A stretch of 64,000 nt of DNA from Candidatus Eiseniibacteriota bacterium (GTDB lineage: Bacteria; Eisenbacteria; RBG-16-71-46). This document shows, one piece after another, positions 29,294-38,085 of the stretch. The translations under genes were made by a program, and so were the position numbers. The DNA lies in contig JBGPFC010000001.1 in NCBI GenBank assembly GCA_041483195.1, forward strand, positions 64,001-128,000, written 5' to 3'. Position 1 is the stretch's first letter. Each line of letters starts with the position of its first letter. Below the pieces are notes generated by a model. That model was not told where the DNA came from, searched no databases, and saw only the letters and a program-made list of their open reading frames with translations.

Positions 29294-31273
29294 GTGCTCG
29301 AACGCCTGCGCGGAGTGCTCCTCGGGGGTCCCAAGAATCTTCTCGATCCGCGCATCCACCACACACTCGCGCTGATCGCCTTCTTCGCGTGGGTGGGGCT
29401 CGGCTCGGACGGGCTCTCGTCGTCCAGCTACGGTCCGCAGGAGGCGTTCCTCGAGCTGGGTGGGCACCGCCACCTGGCGCTCTACCTCACGGTGGCGACG
29501 GTGCTCACCGTGTTCCTCATCTCGGCGTCCTACAGCCAGATCATCGAGCTGTTCCCGAGCGGCGGCGGCGGTTATCTGGTCGCCACCAAGCTGCTCGGCC
29601 CCACCCCCGGCATCCTCTCGGGCTGCGCGCTGGTGGTGGACTACGTGCTCACCATCGCGATCTCGGTCGCGACCGGGTGCGATGCGATCTTCTCGTTCCT
29701 CCCGCCCGAGCTGCGAGTATTGAAGCTGCCGGCCGAATTCCTGATGGTCGGCGTGCTCACCGGGCTCAACCTGCGCGGGGTCAAGGAATCGGTGCTGGTG
29801 CTCACCCCGATCTTCCTCGCCTTCATGCTGAGCCACATCTCACTGATCGCCTTCGGGCTCCTCCATCACGCCTCGGCGATCCCGCACCTGATGGGCGACA
29901 CCATCCAGGACACGCAGCTCGCGGTCCGAGACCTCGGGTTGCTGGGCGTGGTTGCGATCTTCCTCAAGGCGTTCTCGCTGGGCGGCGGCACCTTCACCGG
30001 GATCGAGGCGGTGAGCAACAGCACCGACATCCTGCGCGAGCCGCGCGCGGCGACCGGCAAGCGCACCATGCTCTACATGGCGATCTCGCTCGCGTTCACG
30101 GCCGGCGGCATCCTGCTCTGCTACCTGCTGAACGACGTGCAGTTCGAGCCGGGCAAGACGCTCAACGCCTCGCTGTGGGAGCTGCTCACGCGCGGCTGGC
30201 ATGTCGGCGGCTTCGAGGTCGGCGGGGCGGTCGTGGTCATCACGCTGCTCTCGGAGGGCGCGCTGCTGTTCGTCGCGGCGCAGACCGGATTCCTCGCGGG
30301 CCCGCGCACGCTGGCCGCCATGGGCGTCGACCAGTGGGTGCCCAAGCGGTTCGCGCATCTCTCGGAGCGGCTGGTCACGCAGAACGGCGTCATCACGATG
30401 GGCCTCGCCGCGGCGCTGGTGCTGCTCTACACGCGCGGCGCGCTCGCGATCCTGATCGTCATGTACTCGATCAACGTGTTCCTCACCTTCACGCTCACCC
30501 AGGCCGGCATGGTGCGCCACTGGTGGAACGAGCGCGCGAGCCTCGCCCACTGGCGGCGGCGGCTGATCGTGGCGGCGACCGGCACGCTGGTGACGGGCGG
30601 GATCCTGGTGGTGACCACGGCGATCAAGCTGCGCGAGGGCGGCTGGGTGACGCTGGTCGCGACCGGCGCGCTGGTGGGCTTCTGCTTCGTGGTGCGCTCG
30701 CACTACCGCCGCGTGCGCGGCATGCTCTCCTCGCTCGACGAGGTGCTCACCAACCTCCCGCTGCCGGAGCCCAAGACCATGCCCGAGCTTGCGGTGGATG
30801 GCCCCACCGCGATCGTGCTGGTGGAGTCGTACGCCGGGCTCGGAATCCACACGCTGCTCTCGATCCAGCGCATGTTCCCGCGCCACTTCAAGAACTTCGT
30901 GTTCTGCTCGGTGGGCCTGGTGGACTCCGGACAGTTCAAGGGCGTGCAGGACCTGCAGCATCTCGAGGCCAAGGTGCGCGCCGATCTCGAGAAGTACGTC
31001 CAGCTCGCGCAACGCATGGGGTTCTACGCCGAGTATCGCTACACGGTCGGCACCGATCTGATCGCCGAGCTGGAGGGCATCTGCCTCGACCTCATCAAGG
31101 AGTTCCGCCGCTCGGTGGTGTTCGCAGGGCAGCTCGTGTTCCAGCGCGAGAACCTCTTCACGCGCACGCTGCACCACGAGACCGCGTTCTCGATCCAGCG
31201 CCGGCTGCAGTTCGCGGGCGTGCAGGTCATCATCCTTCCGATCCGGGTGTGGGAGCGGCAGCGCGCGGCGTAG
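29294..31273 (+). CDS. APC-family permease (KimA/YdaO-like, possible K+ transporter)
   Basis: GSDGLSSSSYGPQE, SGGGGYLVA, VDYVLT, NLRGVKES, TGIEAVSN; about 12 TM plus a cytoplasmic tail. Confidence 0.88.
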   Translation: MLERLRGVLLGGPKNLLDPRIHHTLALIAFFAWVGLGSDGLSSSSYGPQEAFLELGGHRHLALYLTVATVLTVFLISASYSQIIELFPSGGGGYLVATKLLGPTPGILSGCALVVDYVLTIAISVATGCDAIFSFLPPELRVLKLPAEFLMVGVLTGLNLRGVKESVLVLTPIFLAFMLSHISLIAFGLLHHASAIPHLMGDTIQDTQLAVRDLGLLGVVAIFLKAFSLGGGTFTGIEAVSNSTDILREPRAATGKRTMLYMAISLAFTAGGILLCYLLNDVQFEPGKTLNASLWELLTRGWHVGGFEVGGAVVVITLLSEGALLFVAAQTGFLAGPRTLAAMGVDQWVPKRFAHLSERLVTQNGVITMGLAAALVLLYTRGALAILIVMYSINVFLTFTLTQAGMVRHWWNERASLAHWRRRLIVAATGTLVTGGILVVTTAIKLREGGWVTLVATGALVGFCFVVRSHYRRVRGMLSSLDEVLTNLPLPEPKTMPELAVDGPTAIVLVESYAGLGIHTLLSIQRMFPRHFKNFVFCSVGLVDSGQFKGVQDLQHLEAKVRADLEKYVQLAQRMGFYAEYRYTVGTDLIAELEGICLDLIKEFRRSVVFAGQLVFQRENLFTRTLHHETAFSIQRRLQFAGVQVIILPIRVWERQRAA

Positions 31274-31322
31274 TATGTTCGCGGCCGCCGCGCCCCGCGC
31301 GGCCTGACCGAGCGAGGATTCC

Positions 31323-32099
31323 ATGCTGACCATCGACCTCAGCGACCGCCACGCCCTGGTGATGGGCGTCGCCAACCACCGCAGCCTCTCGTGGGCGATC
31401 GCCCAGTCGCTGCATCAGGCCGGCGCAAAGCTGTGCCTCACCTACGCGGGCGAGCGGCTCCAGTCGTCGGTCGCGGAGCTGGCCGCGACGCTGCCTGGCA
31501 CGCTGGTGCTCGAGTGCGACGTGACGCGCGATGCGAGCATCGACGCGGTCGCGGCGCGGCTCGCGAGCCAGTGGGGCTCGATCGAGATGCTGGTGCACGG
31601 CATCGCCTTCGCGCGCAAGGAGGACCTCGAGGGCACGTTCGTCTCGACCCCGCGCGGGGGATTCCAGCTCGCGCTCGAGGTGAGCGCCTACTCGCTGCTC
31701 AACGTGACGAACCGCGTGCTGCCGCTGCTCGAGAAGCGGGGCGGCGCGATCGTGACGCTCACCTACCTCGCCGCCGAGCGCGCGGTGCCTTCGTACAACG
31801 TGATGGGCAGCGCCAAGGCGGTGCTCGAGCAGAGCGTGCGCCAGCTCGCGTACGAGCTGGGGCCGAAGAACATCCGCGTCAACGCGATCTCGGCGGGGCC
31901 GGTGAGCACGCTTGCCGCGCGCGGCATCCACGGCTTCACCGACATGCTGAAGAAGCACGCCGACCGCGCCGCGTTGAAGCGCAACGTGACGAAGGAGGAG
32001 GTCGGCAAGGCCGGGCTGTTCCTGCTCACCGACATGGCGAGCGGCATCACCGGCGAAGTGCTTTACGTGGACGCGGGCTTTCGCATCATGGGGTGGTAG
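31323..32099 (+). CDS. fabI: enoyl-ACP reductase
   Basis: GVANHRSLSWAIA, SAYSL, YNVMGSAKAVLE, RVNAISAGPV.TLAA.GI, ITGEVLYVDAG. Confidence 0.95.
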   Translation: MLTIDLSDRHALVMGVANHRSLSWAIAQSLHQAGAKLCLTYAGERLQSSVAELAATLPGTLVLECDVTRDASIDAVAARLASQWGSIEMLVHGIAFARKEDLEGTFVSTPRGGFQLALEVSAYSLLNVTNRVLPLLEKRGGAIVTLTYLAAERAVPSYNVMGSAKAVLEQSVRQLAYELGPKNIRVNAISAGPVSTLAARGIHGFTDMLKKHADRAALKRNVTKEEVGKAGLFLLTDMASGITGEVLYVDAGFRIMGW

Positions 32100-32703
32100 C
32101 GGGGGCTCGGCCCAGCCTCGGGATCACCGCGCCCACCTGCCGCGCGTACTCGTCGAACTCCGCGCCGAACGATTCGCGCAGCAGCCTGTCCTCGGCGCGC
32201 ACGCGGATCGCGGTGCCGATCGCGCCCAGCACCAGCCCGGATAGCAGTCCGATCCAGTGGCTCCACGCGATGCCGGTCGCGAGCATCGAACCCATCATCG
32301 CGAGATAGATGGGATGGCGCACGAACGCGTAGGGGCCCGAGCGGACGAGGCGATGACCCTCGACCAGCCGCGCGGCGAAGCTCCACTCCCTGCCCAGCGT
32401 TTGAATCGCAGCGAAGGCGAGCCAGAACGAGCCGATCAGTAGCCCGCACGCGAGAATCCCGAGCACGAGCTTGCCGGCTACCCCCGCCGGCACGATCGGA
32501 GAAAAGTGCGTGCGGCCCAGCAGCCAGAGCGCGGTGTAGGCCAGCATCTGAAACCCGATGCCGACCAGCGAGGCGGGCGCCTTCTTCGCGGTCTCGGCCT
32601 GTGGCGGATGCTTCCCGAACAGCGCGGCGACTCCTGCCACCAGCCAGCCGGCGGCGACCACGCCAAACGTCGCGGTGGGAATCGGATCGAGATCGAGCGT
32701 CAT
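32086..32703 (-). CDS. isoprenylcysteine carboxyl methyltransferase (ICMT/Ste14/PEMT) family membrane protein
   Basis: LGREWS...HRLVRSGPYAFVRHPIY...EDRLL...FG.EFDEY. Confidence 0.9.
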   Translation of the reverse strand: MTLDLDPIPTATFGVVAAGWLVAGVAALFGKHPPQAETAKKAPASLVGIGFQMLAYTALWLLGRTHFSPIVPAGVAGKLVLGILACGLLIGSFWLAFAAIQTLGREWSFAARLVEGHRLVRSGPYAFVRHPIYLAMMGSMLATGIAWSHWIGLLSGLVLGAIGTAIRVRAEDRLLRESFGAEFDEYARQVGAVIPRLGRAPATTP

Positions 32704-32767
32704 GGTCTCCTCCGGTGCATGCGTCTGCGGCGACGACCGGGGACCGCATCGGCCCGGCTCGCCCTCA

Positions 32768-34336
32768 TTAGAACCGCGTCGTGAGCCTCAGCTCCGCGCC
32801 CGAGAACGGCTCCACCGTATAGCAGGTGCCGGCGGTGCACGCGAGGCCGCCGCGGCGCTTTCCCACCGTGAGCGTGGCCTGATGGCGCTCGGTGAGCCGC
32901 GCGCTCACCACCCCCGAGACGAACGTCACCGGGTCCACGTGCGGGTCCACGTCGCGCACCGGGTCCTCGGTGCGCGGATCGCTGGTGCGCTCCCACACCA
33001 GCGTCGCGCTCCCCCACTGCGCGCGCGCGATGCCGCACGAGAAGTAGTGGTCGCTCGACGAAACGGCGGGCCGCCGCGTCTCGTCCTTGCGGGCGAGATC
33101 CATCGTCGCCGACCAGTCGCGCCGGGCGCGCACCGTCACGCTCCCGCCGTAGATGTCGTCGTTGGTGACGAAGTCGAACTCGTCGAGGCCCCGCTGGATG
33201 TAGGCCGTGCCCTCGACGCTCGGCCAGCGCGTGGGCGCGGCGTGCAGCTCCCAATAGGTGGCCTCGTAGCGGCGCGCGCGGTTGGCGGGGGTGCCATCCG
33301 AGCGGCTGTGATTCGCGGTCACGCTCCCCCACGCCGGCACGGTGTACGACGCCTCGGCCTGAAATCCGTGCTCGCTCTCGGCATCGAGCACGTGGGTCGC
33401 GCGGTTCAAGAGCGTGAACGACTGCTCGCGCACCAGCGAGGGAGGATCGTTGTAGCCGAGCCGGAAATTCCGATAGTCCTTCCACTCGCCAGAGACCGAG
33501 ACCGGTCCCCACAGCAGGTTGCTGCCCACGTAGAGCGCGTGCGGAACTTTGTCGCCGGTCTTGAGCTCCCACCACTGATCCCACTTGCGGTTGAGCCCCG
33601 CGTACTCCGCATAGAGCGGGAGCGCCACGTTCTTCACGCCGAGCGCGCGCAGCGGATCGATCTCGGCGAAGCTCGAGCCCAGCTCGTCCTGGCGCAACGC
33701 GAGCGGGTCGGTGTACCGCAGGTAGGCCGCGCCCACGCGCGATCCGCGCCACGGCGCGAGCGCGGCCTGGCCGCCCGCGACCTCGCCCAGGTAGCGCGGC
33801 TGCTCGACCGCCTCGGTGCCGGGGGAGATCGTTCCGCCGTTCGGCTTGCCGGTGAAAATCCGCGTGCTGAACGGTCCCGCCTCGCCCTCGACCAGCACGC
33901 CGTCGAGATCGCGCGAGAACCCGTAGCGCGAGAGCAGCCCCGGCTCGTCGAGCACCACGCCCGGCACCTCGAACGAGCGCTGGATGAGGCCGCGGCCGAG
34001 AATCGTGTAGATGTTGCCGACGCGCACCCGCAGGCCGCGGTCGGTCCACTCCGCCCAGCGCTGCGTGATGACCTTGTAGGTGTAAGCCTGCTCGCTGTTC
34101 TCGTCGGTCTCGTACCGCCCGCCGATCCGCAGCTCGCCGATCGTGGCCTGGACCTCGAACTGGTCGTAGAGGTCGGTGCGGTTGCTGGGCTGATAGAGCT
34201 TCGAGTGCCCCGCCTGCGCGACCAGCAGATTGCTGACCGCGACCTGCGCGTGCGAGGCGGCGGGCGCGGCGAGCGCGCAGGCGATCAAGGCGCACGTCGC
34301 GCGCGCCGCGGCGGCCCGGAGCAGCGCGCGCCTCAC
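32768..34336 (-). CDS. DUF6029-like outer-membrane beta-barrel with a C-terminal Cys pair
   Basis: Signal peptide; RVGNIYTILGRGL; alternating beta strands; C-terminus GKRRGGLACTAGTCYTVEPFSGAELRLTTRF (terminal Phe); GTGA overlap with the TlpA gene. Confidence 0.8.
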   Translation of the reverse strand: MRRALLRAAAARATCALIACALAAPAASHAQVAVSNLLVAQAGHSKLYQPSNRTDLYDQFEVQATIGELRIGGRYETDENSEQAYTYKVITQRWAEWTDRGLRVRVGNIYTILGRGLIQRSFEVPGVVLDEPGLLSRYGFSRDLDGVLVEGEAGPFSTRIFTGKPNGGTISPGTEAVEQPRYLGEVAGGQAALAPWRGSRVGAAYLRYTDPLALRQDELGSSFAEIDPLRALGVKNVALPLYAEYAGLNRKWDQWWELKTGDKVPHALYVGSNLLWGPVSVSGEWKDYRNFRLGYNDPPSLVREQSFTLLNRATHVLDAESEHGFQAEASYTVPAWGSVTANHSRSDGTPANRARRYEATYWELHAAPTRWPSVEGTAYIQRGLDEFDFVTNDDIYGGSVTVRARRDWSATMDLARKDETRRPAVSSSDHYFSCGIARAQWGSATLVWERTSDPRTEDPVRDVDPHVDPVTFVSGVVSARLTERHQATLTVGKRRGGLACTAGTCYTVEPFSGAELRLTTRF

Positions 34337-34875
34337 CGCGCGGGGGCCTCGGGTGCTGGTAGCAGCTTCGCGATCGCGGCCTCGAGATCGCGCGTCTCGC
34401 CCGGATGCCAGCCCTCGCGCACACGGATCACCACGCCTGACGTGTCGATCAGCACCGTGGTCGGAAGCGCGCGCACCTGATAGAGCTGCTGCATGCGCCC
34501 GTCCTCGTCGATCGCGATCGGGTAAGTCATCCCTAGCCGCGACGCGGCGGGGCGCACCTTCGCGTAGTTGCGCGGGCCGTCGGCCGAGACCCCGACCACG
34601 GTGAGGCCGCGCGCCGCGTAGCGGCGGTAGAGCGCGTCCAGCTCGGGGATCTCCTCGACGCACGGATGGCACCACGTCGCCCAGAAGTCGAGCACCACCG
34701 GACCCTTCGCGAGCAGCCGGTCGAGGCGAAGCGTCTCGCCGGTGACGCCGCGCAGGCTGAACGGCGGCGCGATCCGGCGTTCGAGCGAGAGCGGCGCGGC
34801 GCCGAGCGTGAGGGCGGCGGTCAGGGCGAGCGTGGCAAGGATGATGAGGACGCGCGGCGAACGCGCGCCCATCAC
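34333..34875 (-). CDS. TlpA-family thiol:disulfide oxidoreductase, exported
   Basis: Signal or anchor helix; DFWATWCHPC; cis-Pro ALPTTVLID; overlaps both neighbours. Confidence 0.93.
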   Translation of the reverse strand: MMGARSPRVLIILATLALTAALTLGAAPLSLERRIAPPFSLRGVTGETLRLDRLLAKGPVVLDFWATWCHPCVEEIPELDALYRRYAARGLTVVGVSADGPRNYAKVRPAASRLGMTYPIAIDEDGRMQQLYQVRALPTTVLIDTSGVVIRVREGWHPGETRDLEAAIAKLLPAPEAPAR

Positions 34876-35726
34876 GGAAGCACCACGACCCGGCGCGCGA
34901 GGCGCACCGCGCCGATCGTGCCGCGCACCAGGTACACGCCCGCGGGCAGCGTGGCGCCCGAGGTGCTCCGCGCGTTCCAGCTCACGCGCGTGACGCCCGG
35001 CGCGAGCGGCGCGTTCCAGAGCGATGCGACCTCGCGGCCCGCGATGTCGTAGATCGCGGCGCGCGCCGGGAGATCGCGGGCGGTGGGATTCGCCAGCTCG
35101 AACGTGGTGGCGTGATGGAACGGGTTCGGCAGGTTGCCGATCCGATAGTCGCGCGGGCGCGCGTCGTCCACCGCGACCGGCGCCGAAACCAGCGAGTCGA
35201 TGCAGCCAAGGATCTCGTCGAGGTGGAAGCCGTCGCCGTATGGATACGTCAGCGCCGAGTTGTAGCGCACGATGTGTTGCTTGTTCACAACGATGTAGTT
35301 GTCTCTCCCGGCGTAGAGCGTGATGAAGTTGCCGCCGGTATTCGAGTTGGCGTTCAGCAGGAACGGGAACGTCGCGCCCATGGCGTTCTTGACCGTACGC
35401 ACGGTGGCCGCGCTGCCGCCATCGACCTCCGGAGCCACCACTTCCACCTCACCCGGGTTGCGCGTCTGGTAGTGCTGCCAGATGTCTGCCTCGACCGACG
35501 GACCGGCGGCCGCGCAGAATTCTCAGGTCCAACCGAACAGGAAGAAGACGATGACCTTGTTGGGCCAGCTCGCGAGCGTGCGGGTCGCGGGGGCCGGCGC
35601 GTCCAGCTCGGTCTTGCTGAAGCTCGGGGCGTTGGCGCCGAGCGCGAGCACGCCGTGCGCGGGACGCGTCTGCATGAGCAGCAGCGCGAGCGCCAGCGCC
35701 CCGATGGCCAGCTTGTGCCGCATCAT
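34872..35726 (-). CDS. putative selenoprotein: exported thioredoxin/peroxiredoxin-like domain (UEFC) plus FlgD/T9SS-like tail; Sec at TGA 35523-35525
   Basis: ORFs 35523..35741 and 34872..35447 are in frame. Read-through gives KVIVFFLFGWT-U-EFCAAAGPSVEADIWQHY, with U at the first Cys position of CxxC. SECIS-like hairpin follows. Confidence 0.88.
35485..35518 (-). promoter_or_regulatory. bacterial SECIS-like element
   Basis: mRNA UGA GAAU UCUGC G CGGCCG CC GGUC CGU CGGUCG AG GCAGA; stems UCUGC/GCAGA and CGGCCG/CGGUCG; apical GGUC at +19. Confidence 0.75.
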
Positions 35727-35844
35727 CGAGCTTCCGACCATGACGGGAGACTCACGAGTGCGCTGCGATTCGCCGGGAATCAGGCCCGAACGACCGAACT
35801 ATTGTACTCCGACTCGGGCCGAACGGTGACCGGCGCCCTCGCGC

Positions 35845-36702
35845 TCACCGCACCCGCACCAGCCTCCGCTCCAGCGTCACGCGGCCGACGGTCGCGCGCA
35901 CCAGGTACAGCCCGGGCGCGAGCGGGCGGCCATCGCGGGCCCCGGCGTCCCAGCTGAAGCGCGTCACGCCCGGCGAGGCGACGCCTTCCATCACGGTCGC
36001 GACCCGGCGGCCCGCGACGTCGGTCACCGTGACGCGCGCGGGGAGCGTGCCGGCGGTGGGATTGTCGAGTTCGAACGCGACTTTGACGCGCGACGGATTC
36101 GGCGAGGCGCGCAACGCGAACTCGCGCGGCAGCGCATCATCTACGCCGACCGACGTCGTCACCAGCGAGTCGATGCACGCGCGGAGTTCGTCGAGGTGGT
36201 AACCGTTTCCGTACGGCCAGCGGTCGTTGCCCTGATAGCGCACGATCCCCTGCTTGTTGATCACCACCCAGTGATCGCGCCCGCCATAGAGGGTGAGGAT
36301 GTTGCCGCCGGTCGTCGCCGCGGCCAGCAGCAGCAGCGGGAAGGTGACGCCGGTGCTGGTCTCGAAACCTCCGAGCCCGGTTGGACTGCCATTGAGCACG
36401 TCGGGGCCGAGTATCATCACCTCCCCCGGGTTGGTGCCCTGGTAGTGCTCGTAGATGTTCGTCTCGGCTGACGGACCCGCCGCCAGGCAGTAGGGTCAGT
36501 CCCAGCCGAGGAGAAAGATGACGACCACCTTGCCCGCGTAATCGTGCAGCGACACGTTGGGCCCGGTCGTCCACGGCGGCCCGACCACCATGTGCTTGGT
36601 GAAGTCGGGCGCGGGCTGTCCCTCGTGAACGTAGGCATGCGCGGGAGCGGCGGACGCGAGCAGCATGATGAGCAGCGTTCCGAGGAGGATCGAACGACGC
36701 AC
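35845..36702 (-). CDS. putative selenoprotein paralog: exported thioredoxin/peroxiredoxin-like domain (UPYC) plus FlgD/T9SS-like tail; Sec at TGA 36496-36498
   Basis: GGAG RBS and GTG 36702; signal peptide ending AHA; PAPDFT...GKVVVIFLLGWD-U-PYCLAAGPSAETNIYEHY, in frame with ORF 35845..36420. Confidence 0.9.
36466..36484 (-). promoter_or_regulatory. bacterial SECIS-like element
   Basis: mRNA UGA CCCUACUGCCU GGC GGCG GGUC CGUC A GCC; bulged stem with a GGUC loop at +19. Confidence 0.75.
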
Positions 36703-37009
36703 GGTGAGGCTCCGCAAGCGGCCAGCCTGGGGTCTTCGTCGCGCGGCCGAGAGGCGCCGCGACCCACGCATTGTAAGCCCACGCGACGCACCCGCGGCCG
36801 GATAGTTGTGGCGCCTGCGCCGCGGCGCCGCGCGCGGGCCGCGCTCGCGCGCGCCGGAGCGTGCCGAATGATGTTCGGCATGCGTAAAGCCCCCCTGCGC
36901 CACAAGCACTTGGAGCGCCCGGAATAGAGAATCGGGGGGTGGCGTACTTCCTGCGTACCACACGCGGTGACGACCCGATCCGCGTATCCACCTCATCAGG
37001 AGGAACGCC

Positions 37010-37957
37010 ATGAAGACCACTCAGATGCTCCGCAAGGTGCTCGCTCCGGCGCTCATGATTCAGATCGCGCTCGCGCTGACCCTCACGCTCGCGCTCGCCC
37101 TCTTCGTGCGGCCGGCGCACGCTGCACAATCCAGCTACAGCGCGAACGGCCAGGCGGTCAACGTCGAGGTGCTGGTGAACGGCAGCACGGCGCCGCTCTT
37201 CTCCGGGCCGGGCGGATGGGATCGCCACTACTTCCAGGCGTTCAAGGGCCTCAACTACTCGCTCGTTGTGCAGAACACCACCGGCGAGCGCGTGGGCGTG
37301 CTGATCGCGGTGGACGGTCTCAACGTGGTGAACGGGCTGCGCTCGAACCTGGCGAACGACGAAGCCATGTACGTGCTCGGACCGTGGGAGCGCGCGGAGA
37401 TCTCGGGCTGGAGGACGTCGCTGAACGACGTGCGCCGGTTCGTGTTCGTCGACGAGGAACGCTCCTACGCGCAGCGCACCGGTCAGGCGAACGGCGATCT
37501 CGGATGGATTCGCGTGCTCTCGTTCCGCGAGCGCCGCCCCATCGCGTGGATGCCGCAGCCGCGGATTCGCGACTTCAAGGACGAGCATCGCGCGGTCCCG
37601 TACGGCGACGAGTCCTCGCGCACCGAGGAAGAGCGCGCGCCGAGCGCGGGCAACGCCGAGCCGCAGGCGCAGGGCGACCGTCGCTCCGACGGTGCGGCCA
37701 AGGCGGGCGGGCTCAAGGAGCAGGCCGGCCAGCTGCACAGCGCGCCCGAATCGAATCCCGGCACGGGCTGGGGCGATCAGCGCTGGGATCCGGTGCAGCG
37801 CACCGTGTTCCTCGCGGCCTCGCGCCCGAGCGATCAGATCATCCTGCGCTACGAGTACTCGTCGGGTCTGCAGGCGCTCGGCATCTTCCCGCGGCGCCCG
37901 CGCACCTGGGAACGCGAGCACGGCGAGCTGGGCTTCGCGCAGGCCCCGCGCTGGTAG
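37010..37957 (+). CDS. secreted hypothetical protein
   Basis: AGGAGG RBS; signal peptide ending AHA; IAVDGLNVVNG, ISGWR, SYAQRTG, GTGWG blocks. Confidence 0.85.
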   Translation: MKTTQMLRKVLAPALMIQIALALTLTLALALFVRPAHAAQSSYSANGQAVNVEVLVNGSTAPLFSGPGGWDRHYFQAFKGLNYSLVVQNTTGERVGVLIAVDGLNVVNGLRSNLANDEAMYVLGPWERAEISGWRTSLNDVRRFVFVDEERSYAQRTGQANGDLGWIRVLSFRERRPIAWMPQPRIRDFKDEHRAVPYGDESSRTEEERAPSAGNAEPQAQGDRRSDGAAKAGGLKEQAGQLHSAPESNPGTGWGDQRWDPVQRTVFLAASRPSDQIILRYEYSSGLQALGIFPRRPRTWEREHGELGFAQAPRW

Positions 37958-37993
37958 CGGATCGCGCCGGTCCAGCGAGCGGCGCGACTCCCG

Positions 37994-38028
37994 GCGGCCC
38001 GCCTCACTCGAGGCGGGCCGCTTCATTT
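37994..38028 (+). terminator. probable intrinsic terminator
   Basis: 12-bp stem GCGGCCCGCCTC-ACTC-GAGGCGGGCCGC followed by TTCATTT. Confidence 0.7.
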
Positions 38029-38085
38029 GAGACGGCCCGCTTTACCTGAGACGAGCCGCGCTCCCATCTGCTAATACTCCCCGCG

